Of a stretch of DNA of 64,000 bases, positions 12,388-24,770 are shown in pieces. Both the position numbers and the translations under genes were made by a program. Positions within the stretch are counted from its first letter, which is position 1; every line of letters begins with the position of its first letter. The notes below the pieces were generated by a model, which was not told where the DNA came from, searched no databases, and saw nothing but the letters and a program-made list of their open reading frames with translations. The stretch is from Octopus sinensis. Taxonomy: Eukaryota. The stretch spans positions 23,622,001 through 23,686,000 of the forward strand of contig NC_043002.1 of NCBI RefSeq assembly GCF_006345805.1, read 5' to 3'.

Positions 12388-12860
12388 ATCATCATCATCA
12401 TCATCGTTCAACGTCCACTTTCCATGCTAGTATGGGTTGGACTATTTGACTGAGGACTGGCGAACCAGATGGCTGCACCAGGCACCAATCTGATCTGGCA
12501 GAGTTTCTACAGCTGGATGCCCTTCCTAATGCCAACCACTCCCTGAGTGTAGTGGGTGATTTTACGTGCCACCGGCACGAGGGCCAGTCAGGCAGTACTG
12601 GCAATGGCCATGCTCAAATGGTGTTTTTTACGTACCACATGCACAGGAACCAATCCAGTGGCACTGGCAATGACCTCGTTCAAATGTTTTTTCACATGCC
12701 AGTAAGGTGACGCTGGTAACAATCATGCTCGAATGGTACTTTTTAGCTGCTCTGGCAATGATCACGCTCGAATGGTGCTCTTAGCACTACACTAGCACGG
12801 ATGCCAGTCATCGAATTTGATTGATTTCACTTGCCTCAACAGGTCTTCACAAGCAGAGTT
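12388..12860 (-). mobile_element. RTE-clade LINE 3' tail / RTE-related SINE
   Basis: (CAT)n tail plus CCATGCTAGYATGGGTTGGAC...GGATGCCCTTCCTAATGCCAACCACT; many copies in the window (about 7110, 15395-16040, 18920-19590, 44800, 51040, 52795, 58065, 60278). Confidence 0.75.
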
Positions 12861-13223
12861 TAATGTCCAATGAAGGAAACAGGTAAAAATATCAGATGAG
12901 TGTTGAACTTGTGATCTGGAGCCATAACAGTCTTTTTCTTCTCAACAACAGCAATGATAACCCTTTCTACTTTCTACTATAGGCACAAAGTGTAAAATTT
13001 TGGGAGAGTCGGGTAGTTGTTTACATTGATCCCAGTGCCCAACTGATACTTATTTTACCAAGCTCAAAAGAATGAAAGGTAAAGTCGGCCTTGGCAGAAT
13101 TTGAACTGAGTATAAAACCAGGATACATTCCATGAAGAATTTTGTCTGGTATGCTAACAATTTTGCCAGCTTGCAGCCTTAACAACAGCAACATTAAAAA
13201 AAATCAACGAACGGAAAACTTAC

Positions 13224-13368
13224 ATAAAACTCCACAAAACAGACTTGTCCATCTTCATTTTTTATCATAAACTGGAGAGAAAGGAAGCCACGTTTGTCAA
13301 CCCTGATGGAAACACGTGAAGAGATGGCCAGTGCTTTCACTGATGGCTTTAAAAGCGAGATTTTATAC
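13224..13368 (-). CDS. RAD1: RAD1 coding exon 7
   Basis: (R)YKISLLKPSVKALAISSRVSIRVDKRGFLSLQFMIKNEDGQVCFVEFY; TTTTTCAG acceptor, GTAAGT donor; 145 bp. Confidence 0.95.
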
Positions 13369-13599
13369 CTGAAAAAGAAAATTTGAAAAATCAGAATTTA
13401 CAATTCTGGAACATTCTTTAACTAGTTTCAGACTTGGCAAACATACTGGGGCAGCAACTTTAAATGGTTTTAGAGGCAATTATATCCCTATCTCCTGCCA
13501 CGGTATTTTCTCTGGTACTTATTTTATCAATTTCTCTTTATTAAATGGCAAAGCTTTCCTTGGCATAAAGAGAGATAACTTTATACCTAAACATCATAA

Positions 13600-14450
13600 G
13601 GCACATTTCTTAAAAATCAAGGTAGAGGCCTTGGTCTCAAAACCACTCATGTCTAGAAACTGAGGATTGGGGGTAAGCAAGGGCAAAGAGTCTTTGAGAG
13701 GGGAAGGGGCATTGGAGGAGGTGATCTTGTGTCAGATAATGAAAGATTAGAGTGTGACAGAGAGGTAGAAACAGATGTCTTGCTGTAGAGGGAGAATGAG
13801 GGTAGAAACAGTTGCCCAGAGAGAGAGAGTGGGAGTTAACAAAAAAAGAGATGAACTGCTGGAAAGGAGATACATGGTTACCCAGCCAGAGGCAAGAGCA
13901 AGGGAATGAGGGAAAAAGAGTGATCAAGAATGAGGGTAGAAACAGGTTTGTTGCTGTAGAGGAGATACATTACTCAGCCAGAGGGGAGAGCAATGGAAAG
14001 AGAGAGTAGGAGAGGGATGGCGGTAAGTGGCAGGGTATACTTGCAAGGAACGGGGATCAGGGTATGGATGGAATGGTAGAGTAATAAAAAGGGAGATGAA
14101 TGGTTGTAGGTGCAGTCAGGGTATTGCCAAGGAGTCGTGAGTAGGGGGTGGAGGAACGCAGGGACTAGAGAGAATCTGGATATATATAGAGGGGGAGGGA
14201 AAGGAGGTGAGCAGGGCAGTGAGGACTGTATTTGGGAATGGATTGCTGTGACTGGTGAAAATCTGGGTATGTAGAGGGGGAGCAACAATACAGTGAACAG
14301 GGTAGCAAGAACTGGATTGGGAAGAGGGAGATAATCATAGTGTATGAAGAGAAACAGTTTGGGAAGGGGGAATGTAGTTTGGTTTGTTGGGGTAGGGTGT
14401 GTGAAAGTTTTAGTTACATGTGGGTGGAACACAATGCTTCTAGAACTCAG
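13600..14450 (-). mobile_element. Decayed retroelement remnant, probably Penelope-like
   Basis: Purine-rich plus strand with composition like the Penelope-type fragment at 21860-23030; no intact domain; family assignment is tentative. Confidence 0.35.
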
Positions 14451-14479
14451 ATTTGCTGACGTGGATGGGCCTTCTCTAG

Positions 14480-14700
14480 AACCTCATATCACTAGACATA
14501 GTCCAATGTCATTTCCTCTGTGAGTCCCAGCATCCTGAAATCAATCCTCACCACTTCATCCCACGTCTTCCTGGGTCTCCCTCTTCCACAGGTGCCAACC
14601 ACTTTCGGTGACTGGCACTTCTTTATACAGCTGTCTTCATTCATATGCATCACATGTCCAAACCTACATAGTCTCTTCTCTTGCATGCTGCACTTGATTC
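14480..14700 (-). mobile_element. RTE LINE ORF2 C-terminal fragment
   Basis: RLCRFGHVMHMNEDSCIKKC...GRGRPRKTWDEVV, the typical RTE C-terminus; similar pieces at 19411-19593 and 54129-54323. Confidence 0.75.
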
Positions 14701-15352
14701 CTATATATATATATATATATATATATACATACACACACAATGTGTTTATTATGGTAGTTTTTGACTTTAAGAGTCCCTCCTAGCGTGAGGCATTTATGTA
14801 TAGTAATGCCCTTAATATAAATAAATATATTTAAAGGGAATAATTAAAAAACTTTTCCCTTATGAGGTTTTTCACACTAACTACTTGATAAATTCTTATA
14901 AAGATTTTATCCTATTTTTAAATTGTAATATATATACACACACACACACACGCATAATACATGCATGCATATATATCACCATGACATTAATGTCAACTTT
15001 GCCATGCTTGCATGGGTCAGATAGAAAAAAAAGTATTGAAGAAGACTTGTTTCCAAGCAAGATATTTCCCTATGGCCAGACATGCTTCCAGAAAAGATGG
15101 GAAACATAGGACACTGCATATATGATGGTGATTCTTGTTTACAACTATTGCATGGTGTGAAGATTAAGAGAACTCCCAATACACACCCAGGTTTCTTTCA
15201 GTTTCTGCCAATCAAATCCACAACAAAGCTTTGGATGACCCAGGCCTATAGTAGAAGCTATTTATCCAAGATACCAAAACAGTAGAATGGAACCCCAAAC
15301 CATATGGTTGGAATGTGAACTTCTTAACCACACTGCCATACCTGCACAATAA

Positions 15353-15397
<45 letters not shown>

Positions 15398-16039
15398 AGA
15401 CCTTTGGAAATATTCTGTACGTGAGAAGACCAGGCAGGACAAGTGAGCCCAGCCCACTTATGAATGCCTTTCCTCCCTTGGACACAAAGACCGGTTGAGG
15501 CAAGCGAAGTCGATATAGAACCTCATCCGACGACAGACACCCATGCCAACCCCCCATGCTTGCGAAGACATGTTAGGGCAAGCGAAATCGAAATCGAAAC
15601 CGAATTGAACCAGCCAGGATCCCTGGCCTGGTGGTACGTAAAAAGCACTATCCGACTCGTGGCCGTGGCACGTAAAATACTCCAATGCGACCGTACGACA
15701 GGCACCCATGCAACCCCCTTTGCTTGTGAAGACATGTTGGGGCAAGTGAAATCGAAATCGAATTGAACCAGCCAGGATCCCTGGTCTGGTGGTACGTAAA
15801 AAGCACTATCCGACCCGTGGCCGTTGCCAGCCCCGCCTGGCACCTGTGCAGGTGGCACGTAAAAAGCACCCACTACACTCACGGAGTGGTTGGCGTTAGG
15901 AAGGGCATCCAGCTGTAGAAACATTGCCAGATTAGACTGGAGCCTGGTGCAGCCTTCTGGCTTCCCAGAACCCCGGTCGAACCGTCCAACCCATGCTAGC
16001 ATGGAGAACGGACGTTAAACGACGACGACGATGATGATG

Positions 16040-16076
<37 letters not shown>

Positions 16077-16375
16077 ATCATATACACACACACACACATA
16101 AATACATCTATATCCACCCATGCCAGCACCACGTAAAAAGCATCTGTGCTGGTACCACATAAAAAGTCCCCAGTATACCCTGTACAATAGTTGGTGTTAG
16201 GAAGAGCATCCAGCCATAGAAATCATGCCAAAACAGACAATTGGAGCCTGGTGCAGCCCATTCTCTCTAAACAACACCCATATACATACATACATACAGA
16301 GAGAGACAGACAGACACACACACACACACATAGTGTCTGCTTTACAGTCAAAGAGTAACTAACCTACATAATTAC

Positions 16376-16440
16376 CTATTAGTCTGGGTAGCCTGGCACT
16401 GGAAAGATTCAATCATATCAGAATCTCGCGGAAAATCAGA
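16376..16440 (-). CDS. RAD1: RAD1 coding exon 6
   Basis: SDFPRDSDMIESFQCQATQTN(R); CTTCCAG acceptor, GTAATT donor; 65 bp, phases fit exons 5 and 7. Confidence 0.92.
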
Positions 16441-17162
16441 CTGGAAGACAAAGAAAATTTGACATATGCTAGATTGGAAGAATCAGTAGAGGGTGCAACA
16501 AAATATCTTGTGATATTAGGTCTGTGTGTGTGTGTGTGCGTGTGTGTGTGTAAGTCAACATCATCATCATTGCTTTAATATCTACTGTTCTATGCTTGCA
16601 AAGATCAGATAGTATTCACTGAAGCTGATTAATCTATGGTCTGATACCCTTCCTGTCACCATCACCAATCTCCAAGTAAGGAAACAGTTCCCCATGAACA
16701 GACATATTTTAAAGAAAGTCTAGAACCAAGGGACGCACCTGGTATGACATTGATGTCCATAACTATTCTGCAATGTCGTGACAAGAAGACATAAACAAAA
16801 ACATAAATACAACAGGTCTCTTTCAGTTTTATTTTACCAAAAGGCTTTGTTTGGCCCAGGGCTATACTAAGACACTTGCCCAAGATGCTACGCAGTGAGA
16901 CTGAACCTGAAACCAAGTAGTTGGCAAGCAAACATCATAACCACACAACACTATATATATACATATGTGGTATTTTTTTGTGTTTTTAAGAAAAAATGCA
17001 GATGGTTCAATACACACTGTTTGAATTTGTGTAGAATTTATTATAATTGTACATTGTAAACCAGAATATTTCTTCATACTTTGTCGACTGAATGAAGCCT
17101 TTAGATAGGAAATATCTAGTTAACCAACACACAACTAATATATATATATATATATATATATA

Positions 17163-17672
17163 CCGTAAATCCTCAAGTATAGTCCGCCCTTGAGAATAAT
17201 ACGCAGGGGATTTTTAGGGGGCTGTACCTCTGAAAAACCTAAACCTTGTGTATAATACACACCCCTTCTCTAACTTGAGTCAAGGAGGTCATATAATGTC
17301 CTTGGTTTGTAAAACTGTATACGGTAACGTCCTCTATTATTATTGTATACATAACATAATGCAAACGTGTAGCTTTTTTGTGCATTTTGTTTGCAGAAAA
17401 TAAAGAAATAACAGTAATAATGTTTAATAAATGTTGCTTATTGCAAGTTATGGATGATTCTTTAAGACTTCATTGCTTTCAGGTTTAGCTTAAGGTATTT
17501 TCGCATCCGATATCACAAAATGCGTCTGAATAAACATTGCTGGACAGCAAATAGAGACTCGGACATTGCTTAGAAAATAATTTTAATTTTTAACCTCGTA
17601 TATAGTACGCACTAGGGATTTTGACCTTTAAATTTTGGGAAATAAGTGGGGATTATACTCAAGGATTTACAG
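17163..17672. mobile_element. pogo/Tigger-type MITE (internally deleted)
   Basis: TA-flanked TIRs CCGTAAATCCTCAAGTATA / TATACTCAAGGATTTACAG; same family as 41382-42192 and 31521-31701. Confidence 0.85.
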
Positions 17673-18554
17673 TATATATATATATATATATATGTACACG
17701 CACACACATGAATGTATAGACACATGCATGCATATGCACACGTGTTCCTTTTTTAGATATGCTGCACCTTTTGCATTGTGTCTTACATGCATGTATATAT
17801 ATTTGTGTGTGTGTGTGTACACACACACACACATGTCATCATCATTTAATGTTCATGTTCCATGCTGGCAACAGCAAGTCCCACCCAAATATAAAATATA
17901 TGAGATGCACAAAACAGTAACTGAGAGTAAACAAACAAAAGACCAGTTCATATATGTTAAAGAGATATTTGAAACTATGAGATTTTTTACTGTAGTTTGT
18001 CATGGAGAAAAAATTCTTGCTCAAGAGAAAAATATGTCAAAAAAGTCATAGTCAACTCAAAGTACCCTTCATTTGACCGATGGATGCATACATTTCAAAC
18101 TCTTAGTTTTCATCAACAATGACATGAGCTTTTCTTAGACTATTCTTTTCCTTATCTCTAAACTTTTTCCTTTCTCAGATGCTGAGCTATGCACAAAATG
18201 TCACAACCCCTCTTTTTTATCATCTTAAATTTTCCAATACAATATCAATTTAATACATTCACTGTGTATGTCCTCTTCACTTTTGTTTTCCCTGTTTTTA
18301 GTTTTGATTTACAAGAAGAGAGGCAACTCTGACCTGACAAGGAAGTGAAGCTTCCTTTTGCGAAGACAGACAACATTAGTAATTGACAACAGTGCATAAT
18401 GACTGCAAGACAAATAGATTTGTAAGTGGAAAACTCATAAGTTTTAAGCTAAATACATACACCTATATACAGATGCAAATAAATACTAAGACATGAGCAC
18501 ACAACAAAACATACTTCTGTACAGAACCTCGCTAAACCAAATTCGCAAACTTAC

Positions 18555-18677
18555 ATGTGTGCGTCCAGCATTTCCAAACGTAGACATCCTGAAGTATGGT
18601 GGATCAGGCGAGAGAAGAAACTCTAAAACACTACTGGTCATATCTAATTCACTGAATGCTTCACGAAGACATTCTGA
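18555..18677 (-). CDS. RAD1: RAD1 coding exon 5
   Basis: SECLREAFSELDMTSSVLEFLLSPDPPYFRMSTFGNAGRTH; ATTACAG acceptor, GTAAGT donor; 123 bp. Confidence 0.95.
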
Positions 18678-20559
18678 CTGTAATGAGAAAAGGAGACAGT
18701 ATTTAAATATGATGTGGACTCAAGCATTGAAATATAGTGTGGACCAAAGTCTTCTAACCCCACAAGAGTGGCTGTGTGGTTAGGGGACTTGAGTCAGAAA
18801 TGCAAAGATTACTTCCACTCTTGCTACAGTTATTGCAGACAAGACACTCTACTTACCACTGCCTACTTAGCTGTAAAGTATGTACTACCATTTCCTGCTA
18901 ATGCCATTATGCTGTGTCTTCATCATCATCAAAAAACGTCCGTTTTCCATGCTAGCATGGGTTGGATGGTTCGACCAGGGTTTGGGAAGCCATGGAGGCT
19001 GCACCAGGCTCTAGTCTGATGTGGCAGTGTTTCTACGGCTGGATGCCCTGCCTAATGCCAACCACTCCATGAGTGTAGTGGTTGTTTTTTACGTGCCACC
19101 GGCACAGGGGCCAGAGCAGGCTGGCAAACAGGCATGATTGGTTGGTGCTTTTACGTGTCACCAACACAGACGCCAGTCAGGTGGCGCTGGCTTCTGCCAC
19201 GTTCAGACGGTGCTTTTTACGTGTCACTGGCACGGGTGTCTTAACTACAATTTCCATTTGAATTTTTATTTTGATGTACTTGACTCAATAGGTCTCCTCA
19301 AGAACAGCGGGTCACTCTACGATCCAAGGTTAGCACAGCAGGCCGTCCTGTGAGCCATGAACTCACTTCATTTGTCGGGTCTTCGAAGTCACTGCATATC
19401 TCCAGAGGTCTCAGTCTTTCGTCATAGCCTCTGTGATACTCAAAGTATGAAAGTCATACTTGACCACCTCGTCCCATGTCGTCCTGGGTCTACCTCTACC
19501 CTGGATTCCTTCAACAGTTTGGGAGTGGCACTTCTTCACACATCTCTCCTCATCCATCCATAGTACATGACCATACCAACACAATCGTCTCAAGAAATTA
19601 CATAATCAGTCAACCTGGCTGAACAATAAACACTATCACTTCCTGCTACAGATAACAGTGTTTTGTTCAAAGGAAAGATATCGTATTTAACATGTTAACT
19701 ACCAAGTGTACCACCTGTGGTTCACTGCAAACTTCATACAACTGCCATGTACACCACTGGTGGTACATTTTCATAATTTGAGTAAATATGTTATTCTATA
19801 TTTTTGACATGGTTTCAAGGATATTTAAATAACATGAGTGCTAAATATTCAAATTTAAAACTGTAATATTGTAAAAATATTAATAAATTACATTTCCTTG
19901 TAATTAAACTGTATGCAGTGTGACTATGCAAAGTACATGGTATCATTGGTAAGATTCAATAACAGATTGTGGTGGTGAATGTGTCAAGAGTTTATCTTGC
20001 TGTATAATAGGTACCATTACTTCCTGTTACAGCTATTAGGGAGCATTTTCAAATAAGCATAGACACAAACATATATATATATATTCATTTGTTTGTTTTA
20101 TGTCCATTTTTCCATGCTAGCATGGGTTAGGTGAATACATTACCGAGGCATTGTTTTGTGCCTGGATGCTCTTCCTGTCACTAACCCATACCAACTTTAG
20201 TCAAGCACAAATATAAACAAATACACACACACACACACAGCAAACATTTTTCAGCGTCTGACCATGAAATTCATTCACAAGGTTTTGTACAATCTGGGGC
20301 TATAGTACAAGATACTTGCCCAAGGTACACCACAGTAGCACTGCTGTACACACACACACAGAGTTTCTGTCTAACAAATTCTATTCACAAGTTATTGACC
20401 TGAGGCTATAGCAGAAGAGACTAATATCTGTTGTTAGAATATATAACAATAAATTGAATGGCTATCATAACTTGGCAGACTAAAAACATCAACCCTATAC
20501 ACCTGTATACTTTAGAGAATGGTAGAGATTTAAGGGAGCCAGTGAGACCCTGCTTTTAC

Positions 20560-20671
20560 CTTCATGATGATTTTGTTGACAACGTTCTCAGTGCAGAAAT
20601 CAAAGTCCAAAACTTCCTCTGGTTCCATAGTTTTGATGCTGCAGTCTGTGAGGACACCATCTTCCTCCAGT
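20560..20671 (-). CDS. RAD1: RAD1 coding exon 4
   Basis: (I)LEEDGVLTDCSIKTMEPEEVLDFDFCTENVVNKIIMK; CAG acceptor, GTAAAA donor; 112 bp. Confidence 0.95.
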
Positions 20672-21135
20672 CTGGCCAGATGAGAAAAAGAGCAAGAGAA
20701 ATAATTATACTGAATTATAGGCTTTCCCCCTGCAATCCTCTCCAGCTGAGTATCCCTAATTTCATGGGCTCATAGGTGCTGCTGCCACATAAAAAACACC
20801 CAGTACACTCTGTAAAGTGGTGCTTTATGCTGGTGCTGCATAAAAGCAGCCAGTACACTCTGTAAAGTGGTTAGTGTTAAGAAGGGCAACCATGCCAAAA
20901 CAAACAGGGAACCTGAACAGCCCCTCAGCTGGTCAGCATGGAAAACAGACGTATCACGATGATGATATGATAAAATACAGAGTGCATGACTGGACGAGAG
21001 AGACAGAGATTGTGCATTGTATAAGTGTGTGACAGATAAAGAAGAGATGATGTTAAAAGTTATGACAAGAATCTCTGTGATTATAAATTTCTGGACAAGC
21101 TAGGGCTAAACAGCAGAACCACCAACAATATTCAC

Positions 21136-21748
21136 ATGTTGAGAGTTTGTCTTAGCCCGTTTTCCCGCAGATGGTTGCTTTCTGTAGTTATTATCAGTGT
21201 TCCTTTGGCGATATAAATAAGAGTTTTGACTGTTATTTCTAGCAGGTAGACATAGTTAGTATGTCCTTTGATTAATTTTAATCCTTCAGCTATTTAATGC
21301 CTTTTGGGGCTTGCAATCACCTATATTATTGATTCTGTTATTATCATTTTTAATTGTTACACTAGATAATAACAGAGTCAATAATATCTTTGCAAATATT
21401 TTTTCCTAAATTATTTGCTCTGTATTGAAATTATTTTCACACTGGCAGCTGCCATGATTTGGCACAAAACAAATCAGTTGCAGCGCAGACTTCGATGTGA
21501 TGGGTTGAGGCTTTCCCTCATGGTAATGCCTGTTGAGGAGGGTGAAACAATAATGCCAATCCAGAAACCAGTCCATGCGAGTCCAAATACTTGAATGTAT
21601 GTTAAGAGTTTATCTTAGCCCGTTTGCCTGCAGATGGTTGATTTCTGTAGTTATTATCAGTGCTTTTTTTTTGGTGATTTAAATGAGAGTTTTGACTGTT
21701 ATTTCCAGTAGGCAGACATACTTGATATGTCCTTTGATTAATTTTAAT
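21136..21748 (+). mobile_element. Older pLTR/retrozyme-like unit (about 463-bp period, about 147-bp terminal redundancy) with degenerate hammerhead
   Basis: Imperfect direct repeats 21136-21282 and 21599-21748; CTGTTGA-GGA...TCCA-GAAACCAGTC at 21530-21573. Confidence 0.5.
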
Positions 21749-21767
21749 TATACATGTACATATACAC

Positions 21768-21843
<76 letters not shown>

Positions 21844-21859
21844 TTATATATATATATAT

Positions 21860-23030
21860 GTTAGAAGTATTGTGGGTGATGTAGAGATTTAATACATATG
21901 AAAGAAAAAGGCGTTCAGAATGCTGGATGGTGCAGGGAGAGAGAGCAGAAGCATGGTCCACGGAACGTGCTCTGGCAAAGGGATATCTATGAAGGATGAA
22001 GTGGCAAGCCATGAGTTGAGACTGAGTCTCAAAGTCATGGTTGTCACTGCAGAGCCTGTGCAGATGGAGGAATTAGGAGTAGGGGATGGAGAGCTTGGTG
22101 TGGGTACAGTGGGAGGAGGAGAATTTGAGGTATGAGTCTGAATTGGTGTGTTTGTAGTGAGAGTGGAGTTGTGTATGTTTACTGAAATGCCAAGAAAGGA
22201 GATGGAAGTATTAGAAATAGTGCAGGAGAATTCGAGGGCAGGATGGAAGGATTGGACAAAAGGGAAGAAGGAGTCTAGTTGTTCATGGGAGAGTGAGGCT
22301 GCACCGATACAATCATCAGTATAACGACCATATAGTTCAGAAGTGGGACCAGTGAATCTTGAAAATATTTGGGCCTCAACATAGCCAACAGATTCGTATA
22401 GTTGGGGCCCATTCTCATTCCCATGGCCACTTCTGAGACCTGTTGGTAAAATTCCACTGTGAACAAGAAGCAGTTGAGGGAGAGAACAAGTTCAGCCAAA
22501 CAAAGAAGTGTGGATGTGTCAGGTTGGGGGTTGGGTTGAAGGTCTAGGAAGTGGTTGAGGGCAAGAAGTCCTTGGTTGTGTGGGGTCACCATATATAGAC
22601 TCTTGATATCAAGATTGAAAAGAAGTTTAGAAGGTCCGGAAAGGAAGGAGAAAGAGTTGAAAAGACGGAGAGCATGGTTAGTGTCATGGATGTGGGAGGG
22701 GAGGGTAGCCACTAGGGGAGCAAGGACATGGTCAAGGTATTTTGAGACCAGTTCCATGGGGCAGTTACAGGCAGAGACGATGGGATGGCTGGGGTTGTTG
22801 GGCTTGTGGATTTGGAGAAGGAAGTAAATGGAAGGGGTGCCTGGAGTGCGGACAATGAGTTTGGAAGCGGTGGGAGGGAGATGGGAGAAGATGAGGTCAA
22901 GGATAGTGGAGGACACAGTCTGTTAGTAGCTAGGTGTAGGATTGGAGGGCAGAGGGCAAGAGGTGTCTTGAAGTTGGCAGATAGCTTCAGCCTTGTAGAG
23001 GTCTGCACGCCACACCACCACAGCTTCACC
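21860..23030 (-). mobile_element. Penelope-like element reverse transcriptase fragment
   Basis: TPSIYFLLQIHKPNNPSHPIVSACNCP...LDIKSLY...FYQQVSEVAMGMRMGPNYTNL, PLE RT motifs with frameshifts. Confidence 0.85.
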
Positions 23031-23217
23031 TTGTAGGCCAGTTTTATGATAATGTCCTTGTGGCATCACATACATACATACACATACAGTAAGACACATA
23101 GAAACATATACACAAACATGCAATTACAGAATCACACAAGCACAAAGATGCATAGAGAAAATACACAACACCCACAAATCAAGATGCACAGAAGACTAAA
23201 ACAATAACTCTACTCAC

Positions 23218-23312
23218 ATCAGCATTAGTGGTGACCCATAACCACTGTAGCACATCTTGAGACTGGTCATCACACCAGTGACTGAGCTGCTACCAAAAAT
23301 AGTCAGACACTC
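23218..23312 (-). CDS. RAD1: RAD1 coding exon 3
   Basis: ECLTIFGSSSVTGVMTSLKMCYSGYGSPLML(I); TTGTAG acceptor, GTGAGT donor; 95 bp. Confidence 0.95.
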
Positions 23313-24183
23313 CTACAAGACAGCAAAGAGACACTGTTGAGGTCCAAAGTGATGGTATATCAATGTTTCTTCTAATTTCTTTTAAAGACCATCATCAACA
23401 TCATCATTGTTTTTATGTCCACTTTTCCATATTTGCATGGGACAGATAGAATTTCTATCTGTCCCATGCAAATATTTTCTACAGCGGGATGCCCTTCCTG
23501 TCACCATCATTCACCTGTTTGTAAGTAAAGTACCATGACTAGGCATACTTTCATGGAAGAATGGAAATGAATTACACCACTTGTATGATGGTGAGGCTTG
23601 TTTACAACAATTGCAGGAAGTCAAGACATGGAAACATGCACACAAGATGGGTTTCTTTTCGGTTTTGTCTACCAAATCCACTCACAAGGCTTTGATTGGC
23701 TTCAGGCTATAACTGAAGATGCTTGCCCAAGGTGTCACACAGTGGGACTGATCCAACAACTAAGTGGTTGGAAAGCAAACTTCTTAACCACACAGCCATG
23801 CCTACACCAAGTATTTTAATGACCATCTACGAGCAATTTAATGAGTAATCACGAGTATTTTAATTACTAATTATGAGTATTTTAAATGATTTTCAAAGTA
23901 TTTGATGAGCACTTATGAATACTTTAACTGTAAGTACTTCAATGGGCATCTTATGAGTTTGTCAGTCAATATTTACATATGTAAGGTGGCGAGCTGGAAG
24001 AAATGCTTAGCGGCATTTCGGCCATCTTCAGGTTCTGAGTTTAAATTCTGCTACGGTCAACTTTGCTTCTCATCTTTTTGGAGTTAATAAAGTTAAGTAC
24101 CAGTTGAGTGCTGGGGTCAATGCAATCAACTTACCTCTTCCTTGAAATTGTTTGCCTTGTGCCAAAATTTGAAATCAATATTT

Positions 24184-24218
<35 letters not shown>

Positions 24219-24614
24219 TATATATATATATATATATATACTTTATTTAAAGCATATTACTCTACCACTGATATTTGAGTACTCTTTTTTCCACCTTGTT
24301 TCACATTTATGTGTTTACTCCGGTATATATATATATATATATAGGTGCAGGTATGGCAGTGTGGTTAGAAAGGCTTTTCAGGGAAAATTAACTCCAATGA
24401 ATAGCATCTCTCCAGTGACAAGAGAGAACTTTGTCCCATTTGTTAAGTGATATGGAAACTGGATGAGCCCTGTACAATCAGGATAGCAAAACACTCTCAC
24501 TTATTCCACACGCAACTGCCTTGAATATGGAATGTCTTTGATCATAGTTTTGCTCAATCAGGCTTGGCCTGTGGCTAAACAACAACAACAACAACAAAAA
24601 TAAAACTGTCATAC

Positions 24615-24770
24615 CAATAGAACATTAAGGTTGATTTTGAAGGTCAACTGTTCTTCTTTGATTGTGTATTCATGAAATATGGCCGACTGTATGAAAGCAT
24701 TGCCTTGGATGCATTTGAAGTCCTCAACTGTCACCTTCAGACCAAGCTCACTAGCAAAAACTGTGGCAAC
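24615..24770 (-). CDS. RAD1: RAD1 coding exon 2
   Basis: VATVFASELGLKVTVEDFKCIQGNAFIQSAIFHEYTIKEEQLTFKINLNVLL; TTTTCCTTAG acceptor, GTATGA donor; 156 bp. Confidence 0.95.

Noticed and set aside
21602-22012. ORFs with YIYIYI/THTH runs (also 15212, 17635, 51757, 60024)
   Set aside because: Translations of (TA)n and (CA)n microsatellites.
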